A stretch of DNA of 63,931 nucleotides, filler included, from Perkinsus olseni (Eukaryota): assembly GCA_013115125.1 (NCBI GenBank). It is 2 parts of 2 records of this genome, joined end to end, with 100 filler letters (N's around TTAATTAATTAA, not from the genome) between each part and the next. Parts side by side here need not be neighbours in the genome. Positions count along the whole stretch, not along the records: positions 1 to 31,923 come from JABANN010000407.1; 1 more part is not named here. One strand, written 5' to 3'. The notes under the pieces were generated by a model. The model saw only the letters and a program-made list of their open reading frames with translations. It did no database searches and had not been told where the DNA came from. This document shows positions 12,101-23,499 of this stretch, in pieces; position 1 is the first letter of the stretch, and every line of letters starts with the position of its first letter. The position numbers and the translations under genes are program-made.

Positions 12101-12953
12101 CGTCGGCGAGGAATGTCGGATTGACACACTTCCGCTTGACAGACTCGGTCGGTGACAGACCGCCGCCGCCGCCGCCGCTGCAAGCAAGGATGCCATCTAC
12201 TCCGGTGAAGCCTTGGGCCAAGTAGGAATCAATGAACTCTTCTAGCCTCGGATCACCACCGTTGACCTTGTGGATCATCATAGTTTGATCATAAACTTCT
12301 GTCATCCCTAAGGCCTCCCTCAAACGTTTCCTGGCAGTCTGGACACTCGTCACAGCCACGCGGCCACTGAAGAGACCCTTCTTAAGACCATCACACCACC
12401 ACTTCAACAAGTCCACCACCGCAGCCTTGTCACCGGCTACGTGGACACCGAACCTGCCGAGGCCTTCGCGGTTCCACTTCTCGTCATCTTCGAAACAAAC
12501 CAAGATCCCCTCAGCCGCCCTCTGAAGCCTCTCAGCCGCCTCGGGGGTGATGAACATCGAGTGAGCGACCTCCCACGCCATGACGACATCATCCACCGAC
12601 GCATCTTGGTCTGCAGCAGTGGTCTTGCCGAGGACGAGTTGTAGGTAGAGAAGAGAGCGGGCGATGAGGCAGGGCTCATAATCACAGCAGATGACTTGAA
12701 GAGGCGTAACACTCCACGGCTGATCGTTGCCACAGGTCTTCGACCCCTGGTTGAGGAGGAAGGTATGAGCTACCGAGATGAGGTCGCTGCAGCCGAGTAG
12801 CATCGCCCGAGTCGGGAGATGCGGACCAGCCCCTCTAGAGGTAACACAAAGGTCCCTGGGAGGAGTATTGGCGTAGGGGTAGAGGTAGGTCCAGTTAGAG
12901 ACGACGGAGGTCACAGGCAAACAACTCAAATGGACCTGATCTTCTTCGGCCAT
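9114..12953 (-). CDS. DUF4470-like domain protein with C-terminal MYND zinc finger
   Basis: 1279-aa intronless ORF. N-terminal [31 protein letters not shown] and FDFIDTSN fit DUF4470 proteins. C-terminal CATC..[26 protein letters not shown] is zf-MYND. Confidence 0.85.
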   Translation of the reverse strand: [1279 protein letters not shown]

Positions 12954-13333
12954 CTCGAAGAGGAAAAATCAACTGTAGAATATCTGATACGCACTCCCCT
13001 GGCGAACGTCACCCAGTCGGCGACACAGGGAGGATTGTCTCTAGCCCCGATGGCTCGAGAAAACACAACCATTGGAGAGAACACGAACCGATGTTAGCCT
13101 ATGCGAGCCGATGTCGAAAACGAGTATGTCGTAGTCACTCGGGCGGCGGTATTCAACATCTTTTACCCGTCTAATGTTCACCAATCGGGGACACAAGGAG
13201 GATCGTATACGCTGACTAACACAACCGTGAAAGGGACTTGAAACCGATGTTAGTCTACGTGATACGATCTCGTAAAACTAGTACGTAAGAGTACTTCGGA
13301 CGGCCGCAGTAATGGTGGTCAGCAGCAGCCCCC

Positions 13334-16300
13334 TCAAAAGACATCAGCGGCTGTTGCCTCTTCTGTCTGTAGACGCTGAACCTGAACAGGGAAGGCTGTA
13401 AGGCAGGTGGCAAGCGGAAGACGTCTCACCAGCTCCGGGTCGTCGAAGTACTTGTGGGCGTTGATATCTTCACCGATACCCTTACGACGGCGGGTCTTAA
13501 TCACCTAGAAAAGCGTCACTCGCAATCTTGCCACATTTCTCAACGCCAACTCACAAACTCCCTCGCCAAGTGTGGTTGTGGTGCCGGTTCTAACGGACGA
13601 AGAATGATTGAGGAGTCCAGCGGGTCACCGGGGACCACGGACCTGACACAAGGAGCCGCAGTCACGCTGCTCTGCTGTCTCCCAAGTATGCTTACCAATG
13701 GTCAAACACGGTGGTGCCAAAGGCCTGGCCGGAAGTGTGCGTTCGGAGATCAGTCTCGAAGCCGAAGGTCTCGATAGATGGTATGTAGGCGTAGACGCAG
13801 AAGAGCGGGGTACCGGGCTGAGGGGGGGGGAGGGGGTGGGCTATGCTACAACCGTATCATCAACGTGAGCTTACTCTAGGGATATCCTTGAGGACATGAC
13901 CTCTACGACGTGACAGGACGGTGTAGACGGCGGACACACAGTCTGCAGGGCACTGAAGGGAGGAGGGGCGAGTGGTACTGAAGGATAGGAGCAGGGCAGT
14001 TGTACGTCAATCTCGGCGAACATCATCGGCTCCATCAGCCTGGGGGTGGCCATCAACATACTACTGTAAGCCACTCGTCGGGCCACCGGAATGATCTGTC
14101 CAGATCCGAGACCGATACCACCAGCCTGAACGAGAAGTAGTGACGCGGGTTCGAACCCCGCCGGTGGTGTTATTACTGTGACGTTAGATGTGACCACATC
14201 TAGCAGCTTGAACTTGACATTGCGGACATTATCCTCACAGAGGGGACCTTCCCGAGTCGCCCACTGGAAGCCGGACACGACACTGTCGCGGATCTGATCA
14301 GGGGGAGGTAACAACAAAAGAGGAACCGTTCCTTGAGGCAAGCCTACCAAGTTAAGAGAGTTCCTAGCCTCAGCGTCTGTGGCGAGGGTCTCATTGAGGA
14401 TAACGTTGGTGCCATTGATCGGGTCAGCACCGAAGGCCCTGAAGGTTCGAATTACACAGCTCATCTGCAGGCATAGACGGTCTACCAAATGTTCCTCGCG
14501 GCCAGCTTGTCCCAGCCGAACTGCTTCCCGAAGATATCAGCCCGCTCCTTCGTAGGAGTTAGGCCAGTAACCACGCCAGACTCGATGGCCTCCGCGATGC
14601 CCTGAACGGGAACGAAATTGACATTCCTCGGCTGGAGTCGTAGAGTGATCTCACTTTCTCCAAAGGCTCAGCGATCATGTACAGCTTAGCCTGCTTGTTG
14701 GTGCTCTCCGCAGAACACTTGAACTGTGATGTCTCTATTACAGTCTCACAGAAGGGTACCACAGGATCGGACACCTGCAGGTCGGAGACTTGTGCATGGC
14801 AGAAGAAGAAATGGTAGGCGGATGGCGACAGTAGCAATTACCTTGATTTCGATATCGCCGTAGAGCTTCCTTAAATCATGCAGGATGACGTCCAAGTAGA
14901 GTTCGCCAGTACCGATGATAACGTGCTCGCCCGACTCCTCCACCTTGCACTGCACCAGCGGGAAAGACCTGACCCACTATCCATGAACTCCTAGGATCAA
15001 CCTAAGATGCTCCCTATTACCTGTCGATCTTTCGAAGCCCTTCAAGCATCTTGGGAAGCTCAGAGGGGTTTAGCGGTTCGCAGGCCATCTGCCATGGACG
15101 GAGTAGAGACCTTGCACGCCTACCGAGTGAGAGATCTCACCTTAACAGAGCCAGAGGTAGCGAATTTGAGTGGACGACAGATTTCCACATCGTCAGTGTT
15201 GTCCGCGGCTATTATTGTACCTACGGCAAGGTGCGATGATTACTCCTGAAGAGACTCCTAGAAACCAGCTTGGCATGAGCAGCTGCTACGTAGATTTCCC
15301 TGGTTTGAAACACCATCATTTTCCCACTCAGAACAGAGGCCGTGATTGAATGAGAGGAGCGTTGAAAAAATTGTGTCGAGAGAGTACTCGCGAAGCAGAT
15401 CTCAGTTGATGCTTCTGAGGATGAATTTCACTTCGATGTATCGACGCTGTCACCCAAGCCATCCGAGACATCACGTTCTATCCTAGACGCCACTCTATAC
15501 TAAGCATTGAGTGAGAAGAGAAGCTTACTTGTCTTAACTACAGCCGAGTCCAAGGTTCCACCGATGAGCACCCAGTTGCCGGCAGGGACGTGGGATACCT
15601 CCACACGGTACCTGCCATTATGACAGGATGGCACTTTTCCGAGGGGCAGCACCATACAGCCTACCTTCCCTCGTAGATCCACAGCTGACTGATCGTCTCG
15701 ACCTTGGAGTCCTCGGGGTCATCAAGCGAGTAGCGCTCGCCCAGCACTCTGAGAAACGTCAACTCACTCGAAGTCAAACATCATCCACTGCAAAAGTCTT
15801 ACTTAACCTTATCCCCTACTCGCAGGGTACCAGACATAACTCTACCGAAGAGGTCGAAGCCGGACATATCCGACCTGACGAGATACCACTCCAAACGTAA
15901 CTCAAGTAGACTTCCCCCATACCTGTGGTAGTTCTTGGCGGTATGCACCAGCAACTCGCCATTGGCACGGAGGTTGCGCATATCCTCAGCGATCTTGCTG
16001 GTCTGATTGCCCGAATAAATCTTCGAAATCTTATTCTGAAGGAGAACATAGCCGTTAGAGAGAGGGGACAGCAGAGGTGTACTACAGCAGCATTCTCTTG
16101 AGGGCTGGGAAGCTTCGCTACTATCTGGTCCACCAGCGGCTGAGGGCCGCCGAAGAACTGCGATAGGACCTTCTTAAGAAGGGACCTGACGGCGCGAATG
16201 ATATCCAACGAGACCGAGCAGCCCGCGACCACGGCTAAGTGTGAGCGACATCTATACCGATGCAAGTGCCGATCGCTGTGTCCTCCGTAAGAAGCATCCC

Positions 16301-17954
16301 TCTCCTATTACTTAGTGGACTTCGCATAATAGTCCTTCTGAGAGAGGTAGATTCCCACATCACCCAAAGTGACTTGTAGGGACTCCTGCTCCTCTCCAAT
16401 AGTATGGCCGATCATCTTGTAGAGGGGCACCAAGAAGAACTCAACGAAGGTCCGCTGAACCTCCCCTTGGTCCTTAGGCGGCGACTTCACAAACTGCCCA
16501 GTTCTCTTATCGCGCCATACATCACCCCACATGCCCCTCGCCAATCTCCTGGCGTACTCGTTAACTTGATGCGGCTGCAGACCTCCCTCCTGTGACGCTC
16601 GACCGAAGGCTGCTGGCAAACCGTTGTTCTCAGAGTTCTGGTCGCGCCCACTAGTGCGGAAAGCATCCGTGTTGGCCTCGACGTAGTACTTAGCGAACGA
16701 GTAGGTGGTGAAGACGAACTGGTAAAGTCCGCTGGCGAAGGCAAGATTGCCTCTGATGGGCGACACGACATAGTCGTCCTTATCCAATCCCATCAACTCG
16801 CACTCCTCTCGTATGTAGCTGTTGAGCTCTTGGATGACGTACCTACCACGCAAGTGTCTGCCCCCTGGACCACCCTTAGTTTGATTAGTACCTCAGTTTG
16901 AAGTAAGCATCCTCAGGAGGCAGTCTGAGCTCAAGGACAAGTCGATCCAGCTGAGACAGTACCACTACAAACCTGAAAAGAGCGACAGTCAGGCGCCACA
17001 CCACCATCCCCGCAAAACCTACTTCATCCGAGGGCCCTCCGAAAGCATATGCTTAACCATTCGCTTGGTATGATCAGTAACCCCCATCACGCAGTCCACA
17101 ACGAGTATAGCGCCATCTGACACCCTCATAGCCGCCGTCACTTCGTCTTGGAAGTTGGGATGCCCGGGTGTGTCAATGACATTGAGGAGGTAGTTCTTCT
17201 CGTTAGTATCAGTAAGGACCAACGACAAGGGTGTTGACTTGATCGTGATGTCACGCGATATCTCGTCTCCTCGGAAGTTAGTGTACTTGACCTCCTTATC
17301 GAGGTTCCCAAGTTTCTTATTCCTATCAGCCCACGTGTGAGAGACTAGCAGGTCGCATAGGAGCGTCTTTCCCGAGTGCAGAGCACCGACGACCGCAACG
17401 TTCCTGATGAGGCTTGGGTGCTCCATCAGCCCAGCAAGGAAGTGGTAGTCGTATACCAGTTCAGGGACCTGAGGATGGGACCTGCAGGGGGGAAGGGAGG
17501 CCGGCAAAAAGATAATACCTCTTTCTCAAGCTTGTCGAAATCGAAGGTCTTTGTGGGAGCGATGATAGGTTGAGTAATCGGTTGAGTATCCTCATCCTAA
17601 AGGGCAAGATCCTTTCGAAAATCTTCGCTGTGCAGGCCGGGTATTACCTGGAAGACAACCTCTGCTTCCGGATAGACCTCGTCAGCGTCGGGGTAATGTT
17701 TCTTGTCCTCGGCCAATACGATCCTTTGCTCGACAGGGGCGCCGTCTTCCGTGGTGTCCATGGGCACGGCCTCCTGGCTAGCCGCAGCGGCCACCCCGCC
17801 ATACTCGGAGCCAGCAGCAGAACCTGTAGGGGAAGAGTAACGGAGAATTTGGTATGAGAGAAAAGGTACTACTCTCGGAATCCGAGGCATCATCAACGTC
17901 ACTATCAGGCCCTATGTAGTTGCCGAACTCATCGTAGAGCGGCTGGTCGGACAT
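13334..17954 (-). CDS. SNU114: U5 snRNP 116 kDa GTPase (Snu114/EFTUD2), multi-exon
   Basis: Starts [17 protein letters not shown]-domain [14 protein letters not shown] and DTPGHPNF; also [37 protein letters not shown] and C-terminal [15 protein letters not shown]. Many short GT-AG introns; predicted stop at 13334-13336. Confidence 0.96.
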
Positions 17955-19859
17955 GGTGCAAAAGGGGCGCCAAGATGTCCTACACGGGCGCTAAACTGAA
18001 GGAGATGCTGTGGCTATCGGAGAGCCCTTCCCCAAGGCTGACGATCGAATGAGAAATCGGAGATGGATAACCGCTATATACAGAATGAAATGAATTTAGC
18101 GCGTTAGAAACAGCACGATACCGACTTATTCCGTATCCTTCGCGCTTAACGTGAAGATACGTGGCGGGGGTAATATCTATGATGAAGAGAAAAATCTTGG
18201 ACTTGAGACCACCTGGGGACCACGACAGGCACTCCCTCGGCAACGAGGGGAGGAGCGTTGAGGAAACTCAAGGTGTGGCAAGTGGGCAAGATTTACCGCG
18301 ATGGTATTTCTATATTTTTAGTGGTCACGCCCTGGAGCTGCGTCCCTTAAGTTGCTTAAAGAGGCCCTGAATTACTGAATTGCCCCGTACTTCACTGATC
18401 GGTGTGGCACCGATGGTGCCCCATCTGCTCGGAGCTACACTTCAGGCCCCAGCTGCTCCGCCTATAGCCTCAGGCTGAGGCCCTCGCCGATCATGAAGCA
18501 TCATCCATTGTGTTATTACGCGTCGTGGCTGCATGCGTGGCGGTCGCGCCGTGGCCTGGCCACGGTGGCCACAACACTGCCGCAATACTGGTGCAACTTA
18601 CTGGAGTTCGATGGTCGAACTTCGATCTGATGGCGATGGAATATCCTCGGGCCGCCCAAATCGACTGTTCAATATTCATTGTTGACTGACTGTCGCCTCT
18701 TGTAACAGGAGTCCTGATCAAAAGGGTTGTCCTCGCAGAAGCGCTGATTTCGTCAGTAGGCCATCGGTGGGACCATGTATGAATGTAACTGCGGAGTCTC
18801 GATTAGGCTGCGATGCCCGGGGACAGTGCGAGACAGATAAGTGTCACTTATCAAGTGATGCAGCACCGCTGGTGCGAGTATTTTATGATGCAAGAGGGGG
18901 ACACGAGCATCATGCGCAGTAATAATAATGAGGCCCTCGCGACGAGGCGGCTGAGGCTCCGCCGCATGCTCTGCGCCGAACACGAGGCGCCCGACTCTGC
19001 TCCGGGTGTCCACCGAGCTTCAGTGCCTGAAGCTCAGCGGCTCTGAAGCCAGAGCCGCTCAGCGGCTGAGCAGCCCAGCGGAGCCGTCAACTGAAGATAG
19101 TGAGATACTCAGTGGCCCTGAGTCAGTGCACAGCAGAGTCAGTCAGCCGAATCGAGCGCAGTATGCGATTGAAGCCTGGCGTCCTTCCGTCGAAAATAGG
19201 TTTTTGCTTCATAACTCACGAGAGGAACCTTGTCGAACAATTTTGCGCATCTTTTTGAGAGCTGAGACAGAGTGATTCCGTGTGGTGTGCGTTTTGGCTT
19301 ACGGCTTGGCTGAAGGGGAGTGGGCGATACACACGCACAGTGCGTGACGCACTCACGCTTGAGATTGTCCGATTTGAGGTAATATAGCTCCGCTCGCTCA
19401 GGCTGGTAGTACCGCCACTGGCGGTACTACCACCAGTGGCGGTCTGGGGTTCGCGTTTCCACAGTGAAAAATCAACTGTGTTAGCCTACCACCATGGTAG
19501 GCTATCACTACTCCTTTAATACTACACTCTGTATGAGCCCTAGTCCTACCACAGCTACACCCCCTATGGGTCCTAGTCGTACCACTACTGGCAGTAGTGC
19601 AGTAGTCTGCTGCACTTCCTATGAGTCCTACTTCTTCCACGACACCCACTAGGAGACTCCGAGAATCAGGACTAGAACTCCTAGTAGGAGTTCTAGCCCT
19701 GCTTCTACAGCCCTCTCCTATCACCCCCGTAACCAGTTGCTACCTCACGGTAGCCTCCGTCGGTAGGCATTATCGAGGGCGTTTGCTTCCTCCGCGACGA
19801 GAACAGTCGGATTGAAGCAGCAGCCCACCAGCTCAGTGTGGCGCTTGATGGTGCTGAAT

Positions 19860-22800
19860 ACTAGCGCAATGGACTTGTGAGCCTGTAGCTCATTATAGCG
19901 AACACGATAGGATGGAAATGAACATAGGATTCGGGTTCGAAGAAGGTTCTATCAAAAATACAAATGAGTGGGCTCTTGGATAACACTATATTTTGATGTC
20001 TGGTGGCTAGATATCGGCCAACCTCCGTTACCTGTGGCGGCTGGACCAACGGCATCGTCCACCGGCTGCCTTGAAGCTCCTCTGGGAGAATCTAGTCACT
20101 AGATTCTAGTGGAAAGCGCTCTGCCGAAATTGCTTGTCTCTGACTGATCGCCAGGTTATTTCACTCCTTACACCAAGTACAGCGTGGATTTCAGGCCCCT
20201 ACAATCAATGAGGAGTATTTACCGTTCGCCAAGCAAGCGGTGATGCTGTGGACCGTAGCACTCGCCATCTCCCGCACGGCTACAGCAAGGCCTCGAGCTG
20301 CTAGATCGAGGCTAACTGGGCCGTATACCTTCCCAGCTAGCTCGAAGTACTCTCTCCAGTCTTTAGCGACGGAGCCAGCGGAGCATGCGCCACGACGCAA
20401 AACAGCGTAAGAGAAGAAGACCCCCTTTGACTCGAATTGTCTCTTTAGAAATTGACAACATCGTGTGGCACGATGAGTCTCACTGTGAGTCACGGTCTTG
20501 AAGGGACTGGGTGGCAATTAAGCCTACGTGGCGTGCCAAGCCTCCATTGCGATCGGTTTTTTTGCTCACCTGTGGGACTGGATTCGGAAAGTCAGGGATC
20601 TCTTTGCATAACCAAGGGGTCCTACCTGGAAATTATGGCACACCAGCAAGGCTGACTCGTGCATGCTTGCAAAGCGCCTCTTGGCACCTACTCGTGTAGT
20701 CAGGAGTTGCTTCAGCTCGTCTCGCACAGTTGTTAAGTTGCTTAATTGGTAAGTGAGCACCTTGATTCGAAGAGTCTGACTTGTTTGTTGACTATGATCG
20801 CTGAGCGATCATGGCTCGGCGAGCGGCGCTCGCCCGTCAACGTTGTCAAATCGGTCCCACCTGGAATGGTGGGATAAAACACGAGAGCCACTTCGTTAGG
20901 TTGCAGGAACCCGGCAACCTCGTTCGTGATGCTCTAAGGATAGTTCGGCATTGTCCACAACTCTGGCTCGTACCTTGGTGCAGATTCTGCACCAAGGTAC
21001 GATCCACTGCAGGTCTGCACTGCAGAAGCTTCTACAACGCTCGCACCGAGGTCGGAACTGTGCCGCGTGATGCCTATGGCGACCAAGATCACCAACCACG
21101 CACCGGGAGACTCGCCAACACTTCTCAGCGCGAGCCGTGTCATCTCACTAGACTCGTGTGCCTCATCCAAAATGTAGATCGTGTCTTCTCTAGTTACGGT
21201 TTCTAGTTCCTGCCGCAGGAAGTTGGTTGTCATTACATGCACGGTGCATGATGCACCTGAGCTTCATCCCTCGTGTACTCTCCAAAAGCTCGACCGTGAA
21301 ATTAACGGCGTGAACCCCAAACTGCGTTAAGCACACTCTTAACCCAGCATTGGAAGGCGCTCTGCCACAGCTTCAACAGCAATGCGACGAGGTTGAGGAA
21401 TCACAACTTTCGGTTCAGCTAGTACGAAGTATTGCGGTAGAATGGTGGATTTCAAATCCAGGATTTGCTGGAGTCCAGCAGCTGGACCCTGTAGGACACG
21501 TGTTAACCAGCGGTTAACACGTGGTCAATAACCACTGTGGTTTTGTGGTTTATCCACACAGCGGCTCTCCGTAAGCACTTTGAAAAGCTCAGGTTCGGGC
21601 TCGTCTTTTGGGTATCCTTGAAAATGAAGTCTCTTACCTTCAAAAGAGAGTGTAGATTTCATAAACGATGACTACACTGTCGGATCCAGATACTTCCTCG
21701 GAGGTAATAGCCATCCTGCCAGGATGATCCTGAACCGACTCGCTCTGAGCCCTCTTTTAGAATCTCAAGCGGTAAGCTAGCCTTTCTTAACGAGTCTGCT
21801 GAATGTCTGTCTAACTCCTTGTTCTTCACGGATCGATCTGTCGGACAGTCCGTAGCAGTTGGCCTACCTCGCTTTGTTAGTTCTCCCGGATGGTTATCTC
21901 GAGCTTTCGCAGATCGTTGTGCTCGGGCCTCGAGCTGAAGACGTCTCTGACAGACTCGTGTCGAGTCACTCGACCCAAGACAAATCTGTCAATGGTCCAA
22001 GTCGCCTTAATTCAAAGGCATGCCCACAGCTTTTCTAGCAATTTAGCTAAATATGCATGAGACAGTCTGTCCGTGGACGCGGTTTTGTCGAGGGACCACA
22101 TGCCCTGCTCCAGAGCAAAAAGCATGCTGAACGTCCCGCCATAGGTTTCGGTCCGAATTTCGGACTCCTAAACTTTCGGAGCCCATCTTCACTTCCGCAT
22201 TTGTGGACTCGAAGCTTAAGGGCCTTAAGCCGAAAGCCTTACCATCAGGGGTCGAACTACGAATCCCGCCAGGAAACTTAGCTCCCCGTCATTTAACTCG
22301 AACACTCGATTCTTGCCCCCTACACGCCTAGGAGACTTCTAGTAGGAATGATCGAAATAATTATCGAGACGCGATGGGGTTCGCGGTGCTCGCAAAACTG
22401 GTCGCGGCATCGAGCATGCGCTCTTATACTCTGAGTCAGCAACCTGCAACCAGCGCTTCCTCGAATTGCGCTGTCATCTGTTCACTGTACCGCGAAGTTA
22501 CGACGCGCGCAAAATCTCCTTTAACCCAAAGAGGAGTAGTCTTCTTCCCGGTCACTCACCAATACGTGGCAATAGAGAAGCCTCTTGCGCCCATCCCGAA
22601 CTGCGCGTGCTATAGCGTGTGGCTGCGCCATTCAGAGGTAGAAGTGATGAGGGACCTAATTGGTGGTGCATCTCCCGTGCAGCACGGGCCGTGCTGATGG
22701 TGCTACTCGATGCATACCCTGTCCCGCCCCTGGAATGACAGAGTCCCATTATGGGACTCCCCATATTCTCCTATTCTCTGCGGAATACACATCAGGTGTG

Positions 22801-22950
22801 CACCAGCGCACGATGGCCTTGTGTATGGCTTGAGGGTCGTTCCGGCTAGTGGGGACCTTTCCACGTCGATAAGCAAGAGTTGCAAAAACCGTATGTCCGG
22901 CCTCTTCAAAAACCGTATGTCTCCCCGAGGGACCCTCCTCATAGTGTGCA
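19860..22950 (-). pseudogene. Decayed RNA-virus-like replicase (RdRp then SF2 DEAH helicase); candidate endogenous viral element
   Basis: RdRp-like motifs in one frame with stops: IRSLITS (22660), QFGMGARGF, WVKGDFAR (22519), ATSFAST (22405). Adjacent frames give LLGV..RIE and ELSFLA (22284). Helicase: PGF-G/KSTILPQY (~21452, frameshifted), QPRRIA (21395), ILDEAHE (21167), LVFYPT (20885). Outer limits approximate. Confidence 0.65.
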
Positions 22951-23281
22951 GCCCCTCAAAGGAGAGACTCTCTCCGAGAGAGCCTTCAGAGGGTTCTCAG
23001 AGGCACGCGAGCAGAAGCGACTAGTTAGGCGAATCTGCTCTGCTCTCTGAGTTAGCGCCAGGCTGAAGAGCTCGTCATTCTCGGTCGCATCGAGGGGAGC
23101 GTGCGGAATCAAGGAATAAGTGCAAGCCGCTTGAGGCTGCGGCTCACTGCTTCCAGCGTGAGTTTGCACGCGCGGGAGGACGCATGGACATCTCTACGCC
23201 TTTGAGAGCCAGGCTTTTCAGCGGTGAGGCTACAATTTCAAACTGTCCGTTTGTCTAGCCCTGTTACGTCACGTAACTCCA

Positions 23282-23354
23282 GAACGCCATGTACAAGGAG
23301 GTGTACGACGTACACTGTACGTAACTTACGTGCGCCTCCTTGTATATGGCGTTC
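23282..23354 (+). repeat. Long inverted repeat (26-bp stem, 21-nt loop)
   Basis: Arms 23282-23307 and 23329-23354 pair without gaps: 23 Watson-Crick pairs and 3 G-T pairs. Confidence 0.9.
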
Positions 23355-23499
23355 GTTTTGAGGCCATGAAACGAACCATATAATACTAACCACACGTTCT
23401 CCACCTAATGCCATAACTCTGAAAGGGGATCGGCTAGGATCGCGAGCTGAGCTCGGTCCTCAACGCGGTTGAGTAGCCAAAACTTTTGGCTACTTTTGG

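Noticed and set aside
18491-19300. Possible LTR integrase C-terminal remnant (TVDLGGPRIFHRHQI, minus strand)
   Set aside because: One weak motif with stops; not enough to call.
20500-21480. Helicase remnant as an ordinary cellular DEAH (Prp-type) pseudogene
   Set aside because: Not excluded, since QPRRIA and DEAHE are also cellular-like. Disfavoured because of compact motif spacing, no visible introns and co-linear RdRp-like motifs upstream.
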